From a bacterium (lineage in GTDB: Bacteria > SAR324 > NAC60-12), in the NCBI GenBank assembly GCA_965233585.1, contig CBDDTI010000745.1:448001-512000 (forward strand): a DNA stretch of 64,000 bases. Direction: 5' to 3'. Below, piece by piece: positions 27,974-38,962 of the stretch. The position numbers and the translations under genes are program-made. The notes beneath the pieces are model-generated. The model saw only the letters and a program-made list of their open reading frames with translations. It did no database searches and was not told the DNA's origin. How positions within the stretch are numbered: the stretch's first letter is position 1; the number at the start of each line of letters is the position of its first letter.

Positions 27974-29926
27974 CTATTTTTGGTCAAAACGATGTGCAAC
28001 AATCTTGTAAAGTTTTGCCTCAATGAAAATGTCCAGCAAATCTGAATCAATGTGAGAGTCCTTTGCTTCAAACTTCAAAATATCCAATGCTCTTTCTTCG
28101 GGAATTGCCTTTTTATAGGGGCGGTCCCACGCAGTCAGTGCATCATAAATGTCTGCAATGGTCATCATACAAGATTGTAGGGGGATTTGATCACCTTGCA
28201 ACTGACGAGGATACCCTGAACCATTCAGTTTTTCATGGTGTGCGTAAGCAATATTAGGAACGTCAATGAGGTTTTTTGACCAAGGAATCATGCGTAAAAA
28301 ATTATAGGTATGCGTCACATGACTTTCAATCTCTTCACGATCTTTTTGTGTCAATGTTCCTTTTGGAATAGAAAGAGACTCTACTTCATTTTCCAGCAGG
28401 TATGGCATAAATTTCTGACTCTCCACATATCCTAATTTTGCAATATGATGAAGTTGTTCAAACCCCTCTTTTGCTAAAACTGTTGGTTCATTGCATTGAA
28501 TAATTGCCTCCAAGTAAGAATCTAATTCAACAAGTTGGTTTTGAAGTTCTTTTTTTAAGGAATTGACTTGTATCATTGCTTTTTGACTAGCCCCCCCATT
28601 CATAAAACATCGTAGTTGTTGATGCACAGACTGAAGTTGTAAATGTTTGCGAATGAGTCCAAAACGATTCAATATAACCTCTAATTCATCAGGATAAAGT
28701 TTTTTTGCTTTCACTAATACGCTTTCTCGGACTCCAATTTTTCCAAAGTCATGTAGTAATGAAGCATACCTAATCGTATGAAGCTGGTCAGACGTAAACT
28801 TAACGTGGGCAAACTTTCCTGTCTGCTGACGTTGGACAGCCTCTGCAATGCCTAATGTGAGTGCAGCAACACGGCTAGAATGCCCAGATGTCGTTGGGTC
28901 TCTGGACTCAATTGCACGAACACTTGCATTGATAAAACCATCAAATAGTACTTGGATGGAGTCAACTAGTCTCTTGTTATGCAAGACCATTGCTGCCTGT
29001 GCCGCAACAGATTCTAAAATTGAAACCATATTACTTTCGTATGGAATCACTTTTTTTAAAACATCGTCAGGGTTACCTAATACCTCACGGTAGCTAGATT
29101 TACAGTTGATGAGTTGAATAACCCCAATGATTGGTCCCGATTGAACAAACATTGGAACAGTCACCATAGATTTCGTACGATAGTTGATCTGCCTGTCAAA
29201 ATCCTTACCACCCCAGTGGTATGTTTCTTCTTCTGGAATCTCATACACATCATCAATCACTAATGTTTGTTTTTCAAGAGCAACATATCCGTAAATAGAA
29301 CTTCTATCAATAGGAAGAACCGTTGAAGAAAAATTGATATTCCTTGAGTAATTTTTTGTAATTTCAAAACGAAACCGTTTGCCTTGAAAAAAATCTTCAT
29401 CCGATTCCAAAGCTCCGGGAGTCCTTTCAATTAAATACAAACTACCTGCATCAGCACAACCGATTTCCATCGCTCGATCAATGATTAGGTTCAACAACTG
29501 ATCCAATTCCGTAGTTTGCGCAAGAGCAACTCCAATTTCATTGAGCTTACCGATTGAAAATTTCTGGGTGTCTATACTTTTTTGCAAACTTTGAATTTGT
29601 GTATCCTTTTTCAAATCATCACAAGCCCGCAAAATAGCAGTTTTCCAAGCAATACTAGAAGCATTCCGAGGAATACACGTAAAAACAGAAGGATAATCTT
29701 GAGTGATTGGAGTGTCTTCTACCAAAATAAACCTTACATTCTGAGGCACAGATGACCATTGACAATAAGAATGTTCATAAGCGACAATGACATGAGCAGT
29801 GCTTTGGTCAGTTTTGAAAGGCTTACCATCATATCCATTGTGAACGCGACCTGTTTTCTTCAGTGATGAGAGACAAGAGTCCTCCAACGTTATCCCTTGA
29901 GGAATCCAAATTTCTGTAACAACCAT
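27974..29926 (-). CDS. GAF + HD-GYP cyclic di-nucleotide phosphodiesterase
   Basis: GAF domain (ADAGSLY...YRTKSMVTVP), LLHDFGKIG, HHEKLNGSGYP, IADIYDAL. Confidence 0.92.
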   Translation of the reverse strand: MVVTEIWIPQGITLEDSCLSSLKKTGRVHNGYDGKPFKTDQSTAHVIVAYEHSYCQWSSVPQNVRFILVEDTPITQDYPSVFTCIPRNASSIAWKTAILRACDDLKKDTQIQSLQKSIDTQKFSIGKLNEIGVALAQTTELDQLLNLIIDRAMEIGCADAGSLYLIERTPGALESDEDFFQGKRFRFEITKNYSRNINFSSTVLPIDRSSIYGYVALEKQTLVIDDVYEIPEEETYHWGGKDFDRQINYRTKSMVTVPMFVQSGPIIGVIQLINCKSSYREVLGNPDDVLKKVIPYESNMVSILESVAAQAAMVLHNKRLVDSIQVLFDGFINASVRAIESRDPTTSGHSSRVAALTLGIAEAVQRQQTGKFAHVKFTSDQLHTIRYASLLHDFGKIGVRESVLVKAKKLYPDELEVILNRFGLIRKHLQLQSVHQQLRCFMNGGASQKAMIQVNSLKKELQNQLVELDSYLEAIIQCNEPTVLAKEGFEQLHHIAKLGYVESQKFMPYLLENEVESLSIPKGTLTQKDREEIESHVTHTYNFLRMIPWSKNLIDVPNIAYAHHEKLNGSGYPRQLQGDQIPLQSCMMTIADIYDALTAWDRPYKKAIPEERALDILKFEAKDSHIDSDLLDIFIEAKLYKIVAHRFDQK

Positions 29927-30017
29927 TTACCCTCTTTTATAAAATTAAAAAAATCAAACTTTAACTTCAAATTGTAAGAAGTAAAACTACTAAAAAGATA
30001 CCTTAAACACAACATAA

Positions 30018-31667
30018 ATGAAAGAAGAATCAAAACATTTTATCCAACAAATCATTGAAGAAGACCTTGCGTTGGGTCGTACCAAACGGCTCATCACACG
30101 TTTCCCTCCTGAACCTAACGGCTTCCTGCACATTGGTCATGCTAAAGCAATCTGTCTCAATTTTGGACTAGCTCAAGAATACGGAGGAGATTGTTTTTTA
30201 CGTCTTGATGATACTAATCCTCAAAAAGCAGACAAAAATTATGCTGAATCTATCTGTGATGCGATTCGTTGGCTTGGCTTCCAATGGAAAGATGAAATTC
30301 GCTATACCTCTGATTATTTTGAACAGCTTTATGACTATGCCAAACAATTAATTGAACAAGGCAATGCGTATGTTTGTGAGTTAAGCACTGATACAGTTAG
30401 GGAGTATCGTGGAGACTTAAAAAATGCAGGACAAAACTCTCCTCATAGAGAACGTCCCATTCAGGAAAATCTGCGACTTTTTGAAGCCATGCGTGCAGGG
30501 GAATACCCTGAAGGAACGATGACATTACGTGCAAAAATTGACATGTCAGCTCCTAATATCAACTTACGCGACCCAACAATCTATCGTATTCGTCATCAAA
30601 CACATTATCGTACTCAAACCACTTGGAACATCTACCCGATGTACGACTTTGCTCACTGCTTGTCTGATGCGATTGAAGGCATTACACACTCTCTTTGCTC
30701 CTTAGAATTTGAAGACCATCGTCCTCTATACAACTGGTTTTTAGAAACACTAAACATTGCCAACCCTCCCAAACAAATTGAATTTTCACGTCTCAATTTA
30801 GAATATACGGTCACAAGCAAAAGACAGCTGACAACATTGGTGAATGCAAACCTAGTATCAGGTTGGGATGACCCTCGTTTGCCTACTCTTTTAGCTATGA
30901 AAAAGAGAGGATACCCGCCCCAAGCAATCAAGAATTTTTGCAAGTTAATCGGTATTTCCAAATCAGAGTTTCATGCTCCGATTGAAGTCCTAGAAAGTTG
31001 CATCAGAGATGAGCTAGATCAAAACTCTGCTCGTGCTATGGCTGTGTTAAATCCTTTAAAAATCATCATTACAAATTATCCTCAAAGCAGCGAAACACTA
31101 ACAGCCAGTAAATACCCCAAACAAGAAGAATTAGGCACTCGTTTGATTCCATTTTCAAGAGAAATTTACATTGAACAATCTGACTTCTCAGAGAACCCAC
31201 CACCAGGCTACAAACGACTTGCTCCTCAAGGAAAAGTGCGGTTGCGTTACGGATACGTCATAGAGTGTGAAGAAGTGATTTATTCAGAACAAGGAGAGGT
31301 GATAGAACTTCATTGTAAATACTACCCTGAATCTAAAGGGGGCAAAGCTCTAGCTAGCGGAGAAAAAGTGAAAGGCATTGTCCATTGGGTGAGTATTGCC
31401 CATGCCATTCCAGCACAAGTCAATATCTATGGTCACTTACTTCAATCTAAGGTCTTTGATAACAACCTTTCTGTAACAGACCAACTAAATGACAATTCAC
31501 TGACCATCTACCAAGCGTATCTTGAACCTTCTTTGCTTGAAGCCAATACCGAACAAACCTATCAATTTGAAAGACAAGGCTATTTTAAACTGACTTCAAA
31601 CCCATCAAACATGATTTTTGCCCAAGTCATTCAGCTAAAAACTTCTTGGCAAAAATCTCAAAAGTAA
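30018..31667 (+). CDS. glnS: Glutamine--tRNA ligase
   Basis: TRFPPEPNGFLHIGH, YPMYDFAH, GWDDPR, YQFERQGYF. Confidence 0.97.
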   Translation: MKEESKHFIQQIIEEDLALGRTKRLITRFPPEPNGFLHIGHAKAICLNFGLAQEYGGDCFLRLDDTNPQKADKNYAESICDAIRWLGFQWKDEIRYTSDYFEQLYDYAKQLIEQGNAYVCELSTDTVREYRGDLKNAGQNSPHRERPIQENLRLFEAMRAGEYPEGTMTLRAKIDMSAPNINLRDPTIYRIRHQTHYRTQTTWNIYPMYDFAHCLSDAIEGITHSLCSLEFEDHRPLYNWFLETLNIANPPKQIEFSRLNLEYTVTSKRQLTTLVNANLVSGWDDPRLPTLLAMKKRGYPPQAIKNFCKLIGISKSEFHAPIEVLESCIRDELDQNSARAMAVLNPLKIIITNYPQSSETLTASKYPKQEELGTRLIPFSREIYIEQSDFSENPPPGYKRLAPQGKVRLRYGYVIECEEVIYSEQGEVIELHCKYYPESKGGKALASGEKVKGIVHWVSIAHAIPAQVNIYGHLLQSKVFDNNLSVTDQLNDNSLTIYQAYLEPSLLEANTEQTYQFERQGYFKLTSNPSNMIFAQVIQLKTSWQKSQK

Positions 31668-31695
31668 AAATTTCATTCCCAACTTCGTTGATTCT

Positions 31696-33441
31696 ATGAT
31701 TCAGTTTGTTATCAAAAACTTCTGGAAGTTTCTTTTAGTTTTAGTTGCCTTTAACTTCCTTCACGTTTTAGTCACTAGTTCTGCAATTATCAGCGCTGTT
31801 CCTATCTTTGACTTAATCTTACACCCCGACCTTGAAGGAATCAGTGACGTGACTAATCAAGTCATTACCTATTTTAAAAAATGGGATATACCGATTAGCC
31901 TCACAACTTTTATGGTTGTTCTTGGAGGCTTAACCATTGTACGAAACATCTTCTCATTACTTATTCGGCGTTGTACCATTTCCTTGACTAATAAAGTCGG
32001 GATAGGGTTGCAAAATCATGCACTCCATCACTTTTTTTCCGCTAATTGGTCGTTTTTTAGCGAAACTGGAAAAGGTACGCTATACAACACGTTTATATCT
32101 ATTATGCCGGGTATTGGACAAGCGATACAAAATACAGCTGCACTTTCTTCCTCTTTTTTACAATTCCTCACTTTTCTTATCATACCTTTCAGTATTTCAT
32201 GGCAAATGAGTAGCATTGCTGTTCTCTGTGGTTTGGTTGCAAGTATGCCCATTACATTCATCAGCAAATTGAGTTACAAAATAGGTATCAAAAGCGCTCA
32301 ATTGGGAAACGATCGCTCGTCATCTTTAGAAGAATTGCTAGGAGGTTCAAAGATTGTGCTAGGCTACGGTAAAGTCAAACTTTTCACTAGCCATTACCTA
32401 CAAAAATATAAAGACTTGTTGAATTTAGAATTAAACCGTGACACAGCAAATGTAGGAGTTGGATTGATGTACGAACCACTAGCTCTTATCTCCTTGATGA
32501 TAGCAATTTTTTTGGCTCTCCGTTGGAATTATGCTGTTTCAGAAATTGCGATTGCTTTTTTTTCGCTAAAACATGCACTGGATCATTTCAAAACAATACT
32601 TCACAATAAAAATGCACTTGCAGGAATGCGTGGATGCTACATCCAGTATCAAAAACTGGCACGAAAGGCTCAGACATTCAAACAAAAGACGGGAAGTATC
32701 CCTTTTTCTTCTTTTCAAAAATCTATTATTTTTCAAGACCTTTCATTCTCCTATCCTAGTACCGATACAGGTGTCAAGAACATATCCATCAATATTCTCA
32801 AAGGAAAAACAATCGCTTTGATTGGAAGTTCAGGTGCAGGAAAATCTACAATAATTGACTTATTGATTGGTTTTTATGAACCTTCTCAAGGTGCTGTTTT
32901 GGTTGATGGAACTCCTTTACATGATTTTGACATTGCATCGTATCGCCAAAAACTAGGATACGTCCCGCAAGACCCAGTTTTATTGAACAGGAGTATTAAA
33001 GACAATTTACTCTGGGTCAAAGAAGATGCAACAGATCAAGAATTACTTGACGCTTGCCGAAAAGCCAATGTCATGGAGTTCATGGACAAACTAGAACAAG
33101 GTATGGATACCATAATTGGAGACAGGGGGGTCAGGCTTTCAGGGGGTCAATGCCAGCGGATTGCATTAGCAAGAGCCTTAGTCGTTCAACCTCAACTTTT
33201 AATATTAGATGAAGCAACAAGTGCATTGGATACAGAATCTGAACGTTTCATTCAAAATTCTATTGAGGAACTTTCAAGCAGCACAACTATCGTAATCATT
33301 GCCCATAGACTCTCCACCATCACCAAAGCAGACTACATCTACGTCCTGAATGAAGGTCAAATCGTAGAGGAAGGGACCTATGAACAACTCAGGAAAGAAA
33401 GCAGCCGTTTTTCAAAAATGTTACAAATGCAAAATCTTTAA
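31696..33441 (+). CDS. ABC exporter, fused permease/ATPase (MsbA-like)
   Basis: N-terminal TMs, GSSGAGKS, LSGGQ, ILDEATSALD. Confidence 0.9.
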   Translation: MIQFVIKNFWKFLLVLVAFNFLHVLVTSSAIISAVPIFDLILHPDLEGISDVTNQVITYFKKWDIPISLTTFMVVLGGLTIVRNIFSLLIRRCTISLTNKVGIGLQNHALHHFFSANWSFFSETGKGTLYNTFISIMPGIGQAIQNTAALSSSFLQFLTFLIIPFSISWQMSSIAVLCGLVASMPITFISKLSYKIGIKSAQLGNDRSSSLEELLGGSKIVLGYGKVKLFTSHYLQKYKDLLNLELNRDTANVGVGLMYEPLALISLMIAIFLALRWNYAVSEIAIAFFSLKHALDHFKTILHNKNALAGMRGCYIQYQKLARKAQTFKQKTGSIPFSSFQKSIIFQDLSFSYPSTDTGVKNISINILKGKTIALIGSSGAGKSTIIDLLIGFYEPSQGAVLVDGTPLHDFDIASYRQKLGYVPQDPVLLNRSIKDNLLWVKEDATDQELLDACRKANVMEFMDKLEQGMDTIIGDRGVRLSGGQCQRIALARALVVQPQLLILDEATSALDTESERFIQNSIEELSSSTTIVIIAHRLSTITKADYIYVLNEGQIVEEGTYEQLRKESSRFSKMLQMQNL

Positions 33442-33467
33442 CTAACCCACTAAAAATAAAGGTTTCG

Positions 33468-34052
33468 ATGATTGATTTTTCTCAACCTGTCAACTTATAT
33501 TTGGAGAAACTTAACAAATCTCTCCATCTCATTTCACAACAAGAGATCAATGTTTTTTATGACCTAATTTTGCAAGCCTACCAACAACAAAAACAGATTT
33601 TTGTGATGGGAAATGGAGGGAGTGCGTCAACCGCCTCGCATATGGCATGTGACTTCAATAAGGGCATGTCTTACAGGCAATCACAAAAATTCAGAATGAT
33701 TTGCTTAAATGACAATATCCCAACTATGATGGCACTCTCAAATGATGTTGGTTATCACGTTGTTTTTTTAGAGCAGCTCAAAAACTTGATGAACGAGGGG
33801 GATATGGTCATTGGAATTTCAGGAAGTGGCAACTCAGAAAATGTCATTCAAGCCATTCAATATGCCAACCAACACCGTGGCATCACCGTTGGAATTTGTG
33901 GTTACGATGGTGGAAAATTGAAAGAGTTTGCAAAATATCCTGTACATATTCCTGTCAATGATATGCAAATCGTAGAAGATATTCATCTCGTCATTAACCA
34001 CATGACAATGAGAGTCATTGGTCAACATCTTGGGTCCACTGGCTGTTGTTAA
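33468..34052 (+). CDS. gmhA: SIS-domain phosphoheptose isomerase (GmhA-like)
   Basis: GNGGSASTASH, SND.GY, ISGSGNSENV, EDIH. Confidence 0.82.
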   Translation: MIDFSQPVNLYLEKLNKSLHLISQQEINVFYDLILQAYQQQKQIFVMGNGGSASTASHMACDFNKGMSYRQSQKFRMICLNDNIPTMMALSNDVGYHVVFLEQLKNLMNEGDMVIGISGSGNSENVIQAIQYANQHRGITVGICGYDGGKLKEFAKYPVHIPVNDMQIVEDIHLVINHMTMRVIGQHLGSTGCC

Positions 34053-34795
34053 AAACTCACTCCAAGATAAAGCCCGCGATAGTAAAAGGAATGAAGAGCA
34101 TAATAGTTAAAGGCGTCTCCTGATTTTAAAGTATAGACAACTTCTTGCTGAAATTTGCCATACCTGAGTCCAACAAGAAAATGATCTAGCACCTCATAGG
34201 TTGCTTCAAGTGCAATCAGTCCATAATCCTTATCTAAAATTTTCTTATTTTGTCCCACTTGTAGTGTTGATCTGCCTTGAGACGGGGAACTCCCTTGCAC
34301 TATAAAAGTCCAATGATTGACACGAATTGAATATCCTACACTCCCCAAATATCCAGAGGCTGTGTAGCGGTATTTGACCGTTTCGTTTGTTTCTACTCCC
34401 ACTCCTCCCCTCAAACTCACTAATTTAGTTGACAAGCTAGCAGATAAATCCATGTAAAAATCAGAAACTCCTATGACAAGTCCATGATTTTCTCCGAAGA
34501 TGTATGACAAGGACGTCAGATACGCCTTGCCTCTCAAAACACCATTGACTTCTGAATGACTATCTCTAATGGTTTGTACGTAACTAAAAGCCTCCCCTTG
34601 AAAAATACTGAACCTTGCTTCTGAATGTGCAAAATAAGGACTCAAAACAATCGTCAAAAATATTAAAAACTTAGGTAAACTTCTCTTGAGCCATTCAAAA
34701 GATGATAGTGCTGTCCCCATAGCTAAAAAAACGATACCCTTCATGGATTGCGGTCTGATATGCAGAAAATGTCTTTTCCTTACCATAAAACGCAC
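34049..34795 (-). CDS. Hypothetical exported / outer-membrane beta-barrel-like protein (true start likely downstream of 34795)
   Basis: Signal-like FLIFLTIVLSPYFAHSEA and C-terminal YLGVSF. The annotated 5' part overlaps queA. Confidence 0.6.
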   Translation of the reverse strand: MRFMVRKRHFLHIRPQSMKGIVFLAMGTALSSFEWLKRSLPKFLIFLTIVLSPYFAHSEARFSIFQGEAFSYVQTIRDSHSEVNGVLRGKAYLTSLSYIFGENHGLVIGVSDFYMDLSASLSTKLVSLRGGVGVETNETVKYRYTASGYLGSVGYSIRVNHWTFIVQGSSPSQGRSTLQVGQNKKILDKDYGLIALEATYEVLDHFLVGLRYGKFQQEVVYTLKSGDAFNYYALHSFYYRGLYLGVSF

Positions 34796-35738
34796 AAATG
34801 AGCAGAAACAATGTGGATTTGGGCATGTGAAAATTGGTAATGATACCCTGTGTCCAATGAAATTGATAAGGGGGGTAAATATACAAATTAGTCCAGCCCG
34901 AACGTGATAGTTCTCGTTGCTTTGCCAAAGTCTCTAAAACACGCAATGATGTTGTGCCAACTGCAATGACCCGTTTTCTTTCTGCTATGGCTTCCTGAAG
35001 TTGCTCAAAGGCATCTTGTGTAATTTCAAAATATTCTGAGTGCATCTGATGCTGTCTAATATCTAAACAACGGATTGGTGAAAATGTCCCAAATCCTACA
35101 TGTAAGGTGACTTCAATGACTGGAATATGACGTTTTTTAACTCGTTCTAGGAGAGAAGAGGTAAAATGCAGACCGGCTGTCGGAGCCGCAACCGCACCGC
35201 GACTTTTAGCAAAACATGTCTGATAGGATTCACGATGGCTCGCTGCCTCTGTATTTTCTATGTACGGGGGTAACGGAACAACCCCATATTTTTCAAGTTT
35301 TTTCTCCAAACATTCTGGATTTTCAAATTCTAATAGATGCGTATCACTCCCTGATTGCTCCAGCAATTTTGCACGTATCTGCCCGCCTGCAAACTCCAAT
35401 ATCTCACCTTTTTTAATTCGTTTGGAACGTCTAATCAGTGCCTCCCACACCCCCTCCTTAACGGAATGCGAAAGTAATGCCTCTATTTGACCACCACTGG
35501 GACGTTTTCCAATCAAACGTGCCGGCAAAACCCGTGTGTTATTGACAATTAAAACCGTCTCTTTCGGTAAAATCTCTGGCAAGTCATAAAAATGAAAATG
35601 CTCTTGACTGTGATTTTGTAAAGAAAGTTTTAAAAGTTTGGAATGGTCTCTTGGAAAACAGGGAGTTTGGGCGACAACATTCGTAGGAATCTCAAGATGG
35701 TATGAATTGATGTGATACTCTTCGGGAATCTTTGACAT
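34695..35738 (-). CDS. queA: S-adenosylmethionine:tRNA ribosyltransferase-isomerase
   Basis: NNTRVLPARL, PLPPYI, AAPTAGLHF, AVGTTS, YRFFSYGD. Confidence 0.97.
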   Translation of the reverse strand: MSKIPEEYHINSYHLEIPTNVVAQTPCFPRDHSKLLKLSLQNHSQEHFHFYDLPEILPKETVLIVNNTRVLPARLIGKRPSGGQIEALLSHSVKEGVWEALIRRSKRIKKGEILEFAGGQIRAKLLEQSGSDTHLLEFENPECLEKKLEKYGVVPLPPYIENTEAASHRESYQTCFAKSRGAVAAPTAGLHFTSSLLERVKKRHIPVIEVTLHVGFGTFSPIRCLDIRQHQMHSEYFEITQDAFEQLQEAIAERKRVIAVGTTSLRVLETLAKQRELSRSGWTNLYIYPPYQFHWTQGIITNFHMPKSTLFLLICAFYGKEKTFSAYQTAIHEGYRFFSYGDSTIIF

Positions 35739-35750
35739 CTACAAATCATT

Positions 35751-36899
35751 TTAAGAAAGTCTCATTTTATAATCTTCAAAATGAAATTGACGTACTACTT
35801 CCAAATCTCCTCGTTCTGTATAAATTGCAATAGATGGCATCGCAACACCATTAAATATAGTATTTTTGACCATTGTGTAATGGAGCATGTCTTCAAAAAT
35901 CAGGCAATCGCCAACTTGCAAAGGATTTTGGAACGAATAATCCCCAATCACATCACCAGCCAAACAAGTATTGCCTGCCAAGCGATATTGATGCGTAAAC
36001 TCCTCTGCTTGCCCTGCTGAATGGACATCAGGACGATACGGCATTTCTAAAACATCAGGCATGTGTGCAGAGGCAGACACATCAAGAATAGCAATCTTTT
36101 TCTCGTTTTCAACAATATCCAAAACAGACCCAACTAGTACCCCTGCATTCAATGCAAATGCTTCACCGGGTTCTAAAATGATCTTCACCTCATATTCATC
36201 GGCAAAGTTTTTTAAAATTTGACAAAGACTTTCACGGTCATAATTTGTTGCAGTGATCTGATGACCTCCTCCCAAATTCAACCATGAAATTTGCTGAAGT
36301 AACCAAGCATGCTTTTGTTCTAAAAGAGTCAGTGTTTTTTGGAGAGAAGGAAACTGCCCTCCACAATGGTTGTGAATATGAATGCCTGTTAAGCCCTGAT
36401 TTAGCAATCCCTTAAGGATTTCTGTCGTCAAACTGGACAAAGGCACTCCCAACCTTGAAAATTTAGCACAAGGGTCATACATTTCTGTCTCAACTTCAGA
36501 ATACTGCGGGTTGATACGGATGCCACAGGAGACTTTAGACTTCAAAGCAGTTGGTGCAAAAGTTTGAAATTGAGAAAGAGAATTGAATGTTACGTGACTT
36601 GCGTATTTTAGAATCTGTTCAAATTCACTTCTTTTGTAACCGGGCGAATAAACGTGAACTTTGTGACCAAACCCTTCAAAACCCAACCTTGCCTCATTAA
36701 GAGAGCTTGCTGTGGTGGTCGTAATATATTTTTTGATTAAAGGAAACAAGCTAAACATGGCAAATCCCTTTAAAGCAAGAATCATCTCACAGCCACTTTG
36801 CTTCTGAACACGAGCTAAAACTTCCAGATTTTGCCTAAGCTTTGCTTCTTCACAAATGTAAAGAGGAGTTTGTTTTGCTAGGTTTTCTTTGAAAATCAT
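35751..36899 (-). CDS. nspC: Carboxy(nor)spermidine decarboxylase
   Basis: LALKGFAM, YDPCAKFSRLG, HMPDVLEMPY, CLAGD, YTMVKNTIFNGV. Confidence 0.94.
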   Translation of the reverse strand: MIFKENLAKQTPLYICEEAKLRQNLEVLARVQKQSGCEMILALKGFAMFSLFPLIKKYITTTTASSLNEARLGFEGFGHKVHVYSPGYKRSEFEQILKYASHVTFNSLSQFQTFAPTALKSKVSCGIRINPQYSEVETEMYDPCAKFSRLGVPLSSLTTEILKGLLNQGLTGIHIHNHCGGQFPSLQKTLTLLEQKHAWLLQQISWLNLGGGHQITATNYDRESLCQILKNFADEYEVKIILEPGEAFALNAGVLVGSVLDIVENEKKIAILDVSASAHMPDVLEMPYRPDVHSAGQAEEFTHQYRLAGNTCLAGDVIGDYSFQNPLQVGDCLIFEDMLHYTMVKNTIFNGVAMPSIAIYTERGDLEVVRQFHFEDYKMRLS

Positions 36900-36928
36900 T
36901 GGGATTGCTGGTGACGAAGGAAGATTAA

Positions 36929-37660
36929 TTAAATGTCTGTTCTTTTAAAGAAAAACTCAGGTATTACCCTAATGAGGGACATGATCCCAAACCAGAACCA
37001 TTTAGTGTAGATAATATCTTTTTTCTTTTGTTGTGCCTGATAAATATCCATTGCCACTTCCTCTGGAAGTGCTGTTAATTTTTTTGGCAACTTCATGTGT
37101 TGTGTCATTTGTGTTGCAACAAACCCTGGCTTCACAGTTAAAACGTGAACACTAGATTTGTAAAGTCTATTTCTTAAGCCCGATAAGTAAACCTCCAAAC
37201 CAGATTTCGCTGAACCATAACAATAATTACTTGCTCGTCCTCTATCACCCGCCACAGACCCCAATCCGACAATAAAACCAGATTTTTTCGCTAAAAAATC
37301 ATTAGCAACAATGCTCAATAGGCTAACTACCCCTGTATAATTAGTATCTATAATTTTTTGAACTTCTCCAAAATCAGTTTCAGCTTTTTTTTGATCTCCA
37401 AGATATCCAACACAACAAATTATCCCCAAAGGTTTTTCTTCTAAAGATTCATAAAATTGCTGGTGTGATTGATAGTCTAAAATATCCAATTCCAAGCATT
37501 GAACACAGCTGTCAAAACGTATAGAAATATCTTTCGCAAATTTTTGTAAAGAATTGCTGTTTCTTGCAGCTAAATAAAGATCATAACCTTCTTTTGCATA
37601 TTTTATTGCAAGAGCTTTAGCTATATCACTTTTTGCTCCAATAATTAAGATGAACTTCAT
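36929..37660 (-). CDS. SDR oxidoreductase, DprE2-like (polyprenyl-phospho-2-keto-pentose reductase)
   Basis: IGAKSDIA, SVAGDRGRASNYCYGSAK, VKPGFV. Directly follows a DprE1-like gene. Confidence 0.85.
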   Translation of the reverse strand: MKFILIIGAKSDIAKALAIKYAKEGYDLYLAARNSNSLQKFAKDISIRFDSCVQCLELDILDYQSHQQFYESLEEKPLGIICCVGYLGDQKKAETDFGEVQKIIDTNYTGVVSLLSIVANDFLAKKSGFIVGLGSVAGDRGRASNYCYGSAKSGLEVYLSGLRNRLYKSSVHVLTVKPGFVATQMTQHMKLPKKLTALPEEVAMDIYQAQQKKKDIIYTKWFWFGIMSLIRVIPEFFFKRTDI

Positions 37661-38955
37661 ATATCTAAACGGATTGATTGTAACGAGTTGAACTTTTCAT
37701 TCATGGAGTATTTTTTTCTTATTTTTCTAAATTGATTAATTTCAGGATAACCTTGTTCAAAAACCTCTTGACTCACACGAGAGTCCTTAGACAAATAGAT
37801 ACGACCTCTATACTTTACAACGATTTTATCTAAACGATTTAGCAATTCAAAAATTCCTGTTTCCATTTTAAAATCTAAGGCTAAGCTGTATCCTTTCATT
37901 GGAAAAGATAAGTAATTTTGATTTGCTTCACCGTAAAGTTTAAGAACAGCTAAAAACGACCCCTTCCCAGATTTTGAAATTTCTTTTAGTATTTGTTCTA
38001 ATCCTATGAAACTAGCATCTTTTGGTAAAATAAATTGGTATTGTATAAAACCATTCTTGCCATAAATTCTATTCCAATGAGCAATAGAATCTAAAGGAAA
38101 AAAGAATTTATCTATGTCAATTTTTTGATTTGATATAGGTGTCTCCATTCTAGAGTAATACAAATAATTAAAAGCTTTCACTGTCAATGAATTTAGAAAA
38201 AAAGAAGAGAAATAAAATGGGATGCTGATCTTTTTTTTCACTTGATAATCCAATACACCATCACTACTAAAATCACCTACCATTAACAAACACCTTCCTA
38301 GATTAAAGCCCTTTGCCAAACAGTCAATCCATGCAACAGAATAAGACGCATTCTTATATTTTTCAAATGCCTCAAATGTCTCCTTTAAATTTTCAGTTTT
38401 GATTGTTTGTTGGTTAATATACTTTGACTGAATTTTTGTAAGTTGAATCTTAGCATCAAGAATAACACCAGTTAAGCCCATACCTCCACAGGTTGCAAGA
38501 AATAGCTCTAAGTTTTCTTTTCTGCTACATCTAACAACACTTCCGTCTGGCAACATGAGATGAAACATCTCCACGCACTCACTAAAACAGCCTTCTCTGT
38601 GATGATTTTTACCATGAATATCACTAGCGATTGCCCCTCCGATAGTAACAAATTTTGTGCCTGGTACAATTTTTAAAAACCAACCCTTTGAAATAAAACT
38701 ATCAAGAATTTCCGAAAGTAAAACACCAGACTGAACATGTAATATTCCAGAAAGTTTATCAAACTCAAGAAATAATTTATTCGGTCTCATTTGAATCTGT
38801 TTTTTACTTAATGCACTATCTCCATAACTTCTACCATAACCATAAGAGATAAGATTATGATTTTTTTTAATAATGCAACTTAAATCTTGATAATTATTAA
38901 AGTTTAGAATTTGACTATTAATTTTGGGATAATTACCCCAACTTTTTAAGGACAT
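37657..38955 (-). CDS. FAD-binding oxidoreductase, DprE1-like
   Basis: GRSYGD, PGTKFVTIGGAIASDIHGKNHH, YSVAWID, LALDF, YLSKDSR. Confidence 0.9.
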   Translation of the reverse strand: MSLKSWGNYPKINSQILNFNNYQDLSCIIKKNHNLISYGYGRSYGDSALSKKQIQMRPNKLFLEFDKLSGILHVQSGVLLSEILDSFISKGWFLKIVPGTKFVTIGGAIASDIHGKNHHREGCFSECVEMFHLMLPDGSVVRCSRKENLELFLATCGGMGLTGVILDAKIQLTKIQSKYINQQTIKTENLKETFEAFEKYKNASYSVAWIDCLAKGFNLGRCLLMVGDFSSDGVLDYQVKKKISIPFYFSSFFLNSLTVKAFNYLYYSRMETPISNQKIDIDKFFFPLDSIAHWNRIYGKNGFIQYQFILPKDASFIGLEQILKEISKSGKGSFLAVLKLYGEANQNYLSFPMKGYSLALDFKMETGIFELLNRLDKIVVKYRGRIYLSKDSRVSQEVFEQGYPEINQFRKIRKKYSMNEKFNSLQSIRLDI

Positions 38956-38962
38956 AACACTT